From positions 2,624,001 to 2,688,000 of the forward strand of contig CBDCJV010000002.1 of the NCBI GenBank assembly GCA_965217895.1: DNA of 64,000 nt, read 5' to 3'. Under the pieces are notes generated by a model. That model was not told the origin of the DNA. It did no database searches and saw nothing but the letters and a program-made list of their open reading frames with translations. Shown here in pieces: positions 60,521 to 64,000 of this stretch. The position numbers and the translations under genes are program-made. Position 1 is the first letter of the stretch; each line of letters begins with the position of its first letter. Origin of the DNA: Waterburya sp. GTDB lineage: Bacteria; Cyanobacteriota; Cyanobacteriia; Cyanobacteriales; Xenococcaceae.

Positions 60521-60671
60521 AGAGCAATTACTCTCCTTACAACTAATTTGTAATAAATTTAACGTCTACTATAAGTTTTAAAGCTTATAAATAATTGTTG
60601 CAAGTACTGACCACCGTACCAGCCACTTATAGCCTCAAAATCTAAATAGGCTAAATCCAGGACTAAACAAA

Positions 60672-61379
60672 CTAAGACTTAGTACGCGATCGCGCTAATT
60701 TTTGTAGTTTTAGCATCGTGATACAAAAGGTTAGCCACAAAAAGCCAATACCATAGCCACCGATAATGTCAGTTGGCCAATGCACTCCTAAATATAGTCT
60801 GCTTAAGCCAATCATACCAATAAGAAATATCGCTACCGTATAAATTAACAAAGTAAATTGCGGGTAGCGGGTTGCCAAAAGATAAGCCAGAAATCCATAC
60901 AAAACCGTTGAGCCTAGAGCATGACCACTAGGATAACTAAATGAGGTTTCTTCAATGGCAGACTGCCAAAGAGCGGGTCTAACTTTGCCAAATACCGATT
61001 TAAGACCGTAACTAAGAATCACACCGCCTAAACAGTCGATCGCAAATATTTTGGCTTCTGGATAATATTGTCGCCACCAAAGCAATGCTAGAGTAAAAAT
61101 AGCGATCGCCGTAACCGTATTAGGATTGTTTAAGCGGGTGAAAACGTGCATGATCGCATCCAGAGTCGGATTAGAAAAGGAGTGAATCCAGAGCAGAATG
61201 ATCTTGTCAAAAACAAAGGCTTCTCGATCTAATACTTCATCGGAGATCTGAGCCACAACATAGATAATGATTAAACAGCTAAGTATCCCTACAGTGCCGA
61301 TCGCGGCAATTAGAGAGGTTAGCCGCTGATGAAAGTTACGCTGCCAAAATTTAACTAGTTTTTGTAGAAGAGTTTGCAT
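60672..61379 (-). CDS. PAP2 family phosphatase
   Basis: K......RP, SYPSGHA, SRLYLGVHWPTD. Confidence 0.92.
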   Translation of the reverse strand: MQTLLQKLVKFWQRNFHQRLTSLIAAIGTVGILSCLIIIYVVAQISDEVLDREAFVFDKIILLWIHSFSNPTLDAIMHVFTRLNNPNTVTAIAIFTLALLWWRQYYPEAKIFAIDCLGGVILSYGLKSVFGKVRPALWQSAIEETSFSYPSGHALGSTVLYGFLAYLLATRYPQFTLLIYTVAIFLIGMIGLSRLYLGVHWPTDIIGGYGIGFLWLTFCITMLKLQKLARSRTKS

Positions 61380-61538
61380 AGTAAAACATGGTCAAACATT
61401 TATTGGTATATTACTGGTTGATGTTTGACTGATTTTAATCAATTTAATATCTATAATTATTCTGAGGTAGGTATAGCATAACAGCCATAGAAGCATATTA
61501 TTTGATTTTCAGATTACTAATGAGGAGAAACTAAACTA

Positions 61539-62402
61539 TTGAAACGTCGCCAAATACTATATTGGGGAATAGCAAGCGGAATGGGATTAGCTTTAGGAGG
61601 TCATCATCTGATTTCTAAAGCTACTGCTTCTCCAGAATCTTCTTCCTCGTTTCGCTTTGTCGCTTTAGCAGATGTGGGAACAGGAAATATCGGACAATTG
61701 GCGATCGCCGATGTAATGAACGACTATTTTAGACAGAATCCTTTTAAGCTGGTTTTGATGGCTGGAGACAATATTTATGAGGATGGCGCAATTGAGAGGG
61801 TTGGAGCGACGTTTGGCAGACCTTATCGTTTCTTAAGAAAACAAAAAGTTCCATTTTATGCCGTTTTAGGTAATCACGACATAAGAACTAACAACGGTGT
61901 CGATCAGGTCAACTACTCAGCATTTAATATGCAGGGACGACGATATTACACTTTTACCCAGGGTATTGTGCAGTATTTCGCCCTTGATACCAACAGTAAT
62001 GCCAACTGGTCAAAACAGCTCAATTGGTTAGCCAAGAACTTAGCCAAATCTAACGCCACTTGGAAAATTGTTTATGGACATCATCCTTTATATTCCTCTG
62101 GAGTTCATGGCAGTAGTTCTGAATTAATTGCCAAGCTATCGCCTTTGTTTGCTCGCTACGGAGTTCATCTATACATTAACGGTCACGATCATGACTATGA
62201 GCGCACCAAACCAATTGGGGGAACAACTTATCTTACCTGTGGTGCGGGGGCAAAAACCCGTCCAGTAGGGAGTTCTGACTGGACTGCCAACTCAGCAGCC
62301 AGATTGAGCTTCGCTACTATTGATGTTTATCCAGAACGCTTAGAAATTCAGGGCGTTGGTAAGGATGGAAAAGTTTTTGATCGCGGGGAAATAACTGTTT
62401 AG
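61539..62402 (+). CDS. Tat-exported calcineurin-like metallophosphoesterase
   Basis: KRRQIL Tat motif; D.G, GDN.Y, GNHD, HHP, GHDH. Confidence 0.92.
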   Translation: MKRRQILYWGIASGMGLALGGHHLISKATASPESSSSFRFVALADVGTGNIGQLAIADVMNDYFRQNPFKLVLMAGDNIYEDGAIERVGATFGRPYRFLRKQKVPFYAVLGNHDIRTNNGVDQVNYSAFNMQGRRYYTFTQGIVQYFALDTNSNANWSKQLNWLAKNLAKSNATWKIVYGHHPLYSSGVHGSSSELIAKLSPLFARYGVHLYINGHDHDYERTKPIGGTTYLTCGAGAKTRPVGSSDWTANSAARLSFATIDVYPERLEIQGVGKDGKVFDRGEITV

Positions 62403-62414
62403 TTAAAAATAAAC

Positions 62415-62599
62415 GGCGTTGCTGATTCAAGTAATGACGTACAGAATATTACTGTTCGTAGCTTTTAGCTCTCAGCTTTTAGCTATTAGCTTTTAAGTAT
62501 TCTTCATGTTCTAACAAGGTGATTAGAGATTTCCTCGCCATCTCTCACCTTCAAATTAGGAAATAAAAAACCTGTACAGCATTACAATTCAGCAACGCC
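62415..62599. mobile_element. MITE, 185 bp
   Basis: TIR GGCGTTGCTGA / TCAGCAACGCC; internal (YAGCTNT)x5. Confidence 0.78.
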
Positions 62600-62708
62600 A
62601 GCAGCCTTACCCAAAAAATATCTGATATTATCCCCTTTTGTTTACTGAAGAAGAACTGCACAATAATCATCACAAAGTTTGAGCCGTTCGATAAGGAGTA
62701 TTTAGCTA

Positions 62709-62954
62709 ATGAAATTACGCTTTTTGGGTCAAACCTATTCTCAATTTCCACAGCAGATTTCAACTATCCCTTCTGAAAATATAGCTTGCTATGGAAGACA
62801 ACAATATAACCTCCGCGTGCCTGTATTAATCTCTCGTCCGCGATCGCCAGATTCCCAAATGAGCGTATTTATTTACAAGTATTGCGGAGTTAGTTATGTA
62901 GTCGAGCGTCATCATTTCCCGACAAAGCCAAACAGAACAATAGCTTATCGTTGA
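62709..62954 (+). CDS. DUF4278-like small protein
   Basis: MKLRFLGQTY...Y..KYCGVSY; AAGGAG RBS. Confidence 0.75.
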   Translation: MKLRFLGQTYSQFPQQISTIPSENIACYGRQQYNLRVPVLISRPRSPDSQMSVFIYKYCGVSYVVERHHFPTKPNRTIAYR

Positions 62955-62987
62955 TAACTATACAGACTTTAATAAATTTCTAATATC

Positions 62988-63034
62988 AAACCGCGTCTAC
63001 ATAGAAAACAGTACACTCAAACTGGACGCGGTTT
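62988..63034. mobile_element. 47-bp ends-only derivative of the 58391 MITE, inverted
   Basis: AAACCGCGTCTACATAGAAAA-N8-TCAAACTGGACGCGGTTT. Confidence 0.7.
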
Positions 63035-63149
63035 GTTTAGTAATTAAGGCGATCGCTATGGCAACTATAATTCCAGAGACTAAATTTTGCCCAAGCAAAT
63101 TCTTTACCCATCTATTTTATACTAACCACGTGGTTCAATATAATCGATC

Positions 63150-64000
63150 ATGATTATTCAAGCTTTCTGGAAAGCCATTCAAGTAAAAGACTCTCAGTCA
63201 CCTTACGATACGATACACCTAAAGGTGTTTTATCCTGGTGATGATTCTGATACTCAAAATCCATTTTCTAATACTCCTGCTGCGCGAGATTTAGCTCCTT
63301 TTCCAGTAGTCATCTTTTTTAGTGGTTTTAACTGTAGTTTGGCTACGTATCAATGGTTAGCGATGAAGCTGGCTGCTCGCGGATTAGTAGTCGTTTTGTT
63401 TGATTGGTTGGTAAAAACAGCAGATCGAGATCCTCTGCTCTCTCCTGGTGTCAACTTGGCGGCGTTTTCGACTGAAACCTATGGTACTGTTCCTTCTGCC
63501 TCTGCTTTACCTCTACTTTTGGATGAATTAGGTAATTTACAATCGGTTGGCGTATTGGCAGGTTTACTCGATTTGCAAAAGATTGTTCTAGGCGGACATT
63601 CTGCTGGTGGGAGGCTAGCTTTAGAAAATGCCGAACCGAAGTTTTTTGAGCGGGTTGCTGGTGCTTTTAGCTATGGTGCGCATTCTGCTGCTCCTATGCC
63701 ACTAGGATATAATCCTGGTACTGTTTTACCTTTACCTGACTTGCTACCCATGCTTTTAATCGGCGGTACTGAAGATGGAGTAATTGCCAGCAATAGTCAG
63801 ATTTATGGGATTGAGCAATGGTCAACTCCCGCTACTCCTATTATACGTACATTTAGAGAGGCAATTAATCAAAAGCGAGGCGATAGTTATTTAATTATAA
63901 TTGAAGGTGCAAACCACTTTGCGATCGCCGATTATGCCGACCCTACTCTTAGTGTAACTGCCAGCGATTTTCTGCCCACCCAATCTGAACCTGAAATTCG
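63150..64000 (+). CDS. Alpha/beta hydrolase (dienelactone hydrolase/chlorophyllase-like), truncated by the window end
   Basis: ATG at 63150 gives MIIQAFWKAI..; GHSAGG, GTEDG and GANHF catalytic-triad motifs. Confidence 0.85.
   Translation, partial: MIIQAFWKAIQVKDSQSPYDTIHLKVFYPGDDSDTQNPFSNTPAARDLAPFPVVIFFSGFNCSLATYQWLAMKLAARGLVVVLFDWLVKTADRDPLLSPGVNLAAFSTETYGTVPSASALPLLLDELGNLQSVGVLAGLLDLQKIVLGGHSAGGRLALENAEPKFFERVAGAFSYGAHSAAPMPLGYNPGTVLPLPDLLPMLLIGGTEDGVIASNSQIYGIEQWSTPATPIIRTFREAINQKRGDSYLIIIEGANHFAIADYADPTLSVTASDFLPTQSEPEI

Noticed and set aside
2072..62495. Heptamer arrays and the duplicated promoters as possible CRISPR repeats
   Set aside because: No repeat-spacer periodicity and no cas genes.

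Overview
AT-rich cyanobacterial chromosomal DNA with dense HIP1 octamers (GCGATCGC); repeat and gene style suggest a Pleurocapsales-like strain (inference). Housekeeping genes (murE, pip, argJ, htpG, gpmI-secG, nusB, tRNA nucleotidyltransferase) alternate with accessory blocks. (i) A 1429-aa phytase-like/GDPD/PhoX-like phosphatase with a Pho-box-like promoter. (ii) A decayed defence islet: a single-chain R-M gene with a nonsense codon at its nuclease Glu and a deleted methyltransferase, plus a Phd/YefM remnant. (iii) An HxlR-linked redox cluster with three YcaC-type hydrolases, YciI, a WrbA-like flavodoxin and a Cys-less CMD protein. (iv) An orphaned ECF41 regulon: an IS630 leaves only the NPDKL tail of an ECF41 sigma gene, while two exact TGTCACA-N16-CGTC promoters remain before nitroreductases, a hexameric tyrosine-coordinated heme protein, an uncharacterised HDxxH protein and a muconolactone isomerase. 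(v) An envelope/general-stress region whose Hsp20 gene carries a groESL-type K-box plus CIRCE promoter. Two degenerate IS elements and several MITE families are present. No rRNA, tRNA or CRISPR array was found. Family assignments come from motif recognition only; no database searches were run.
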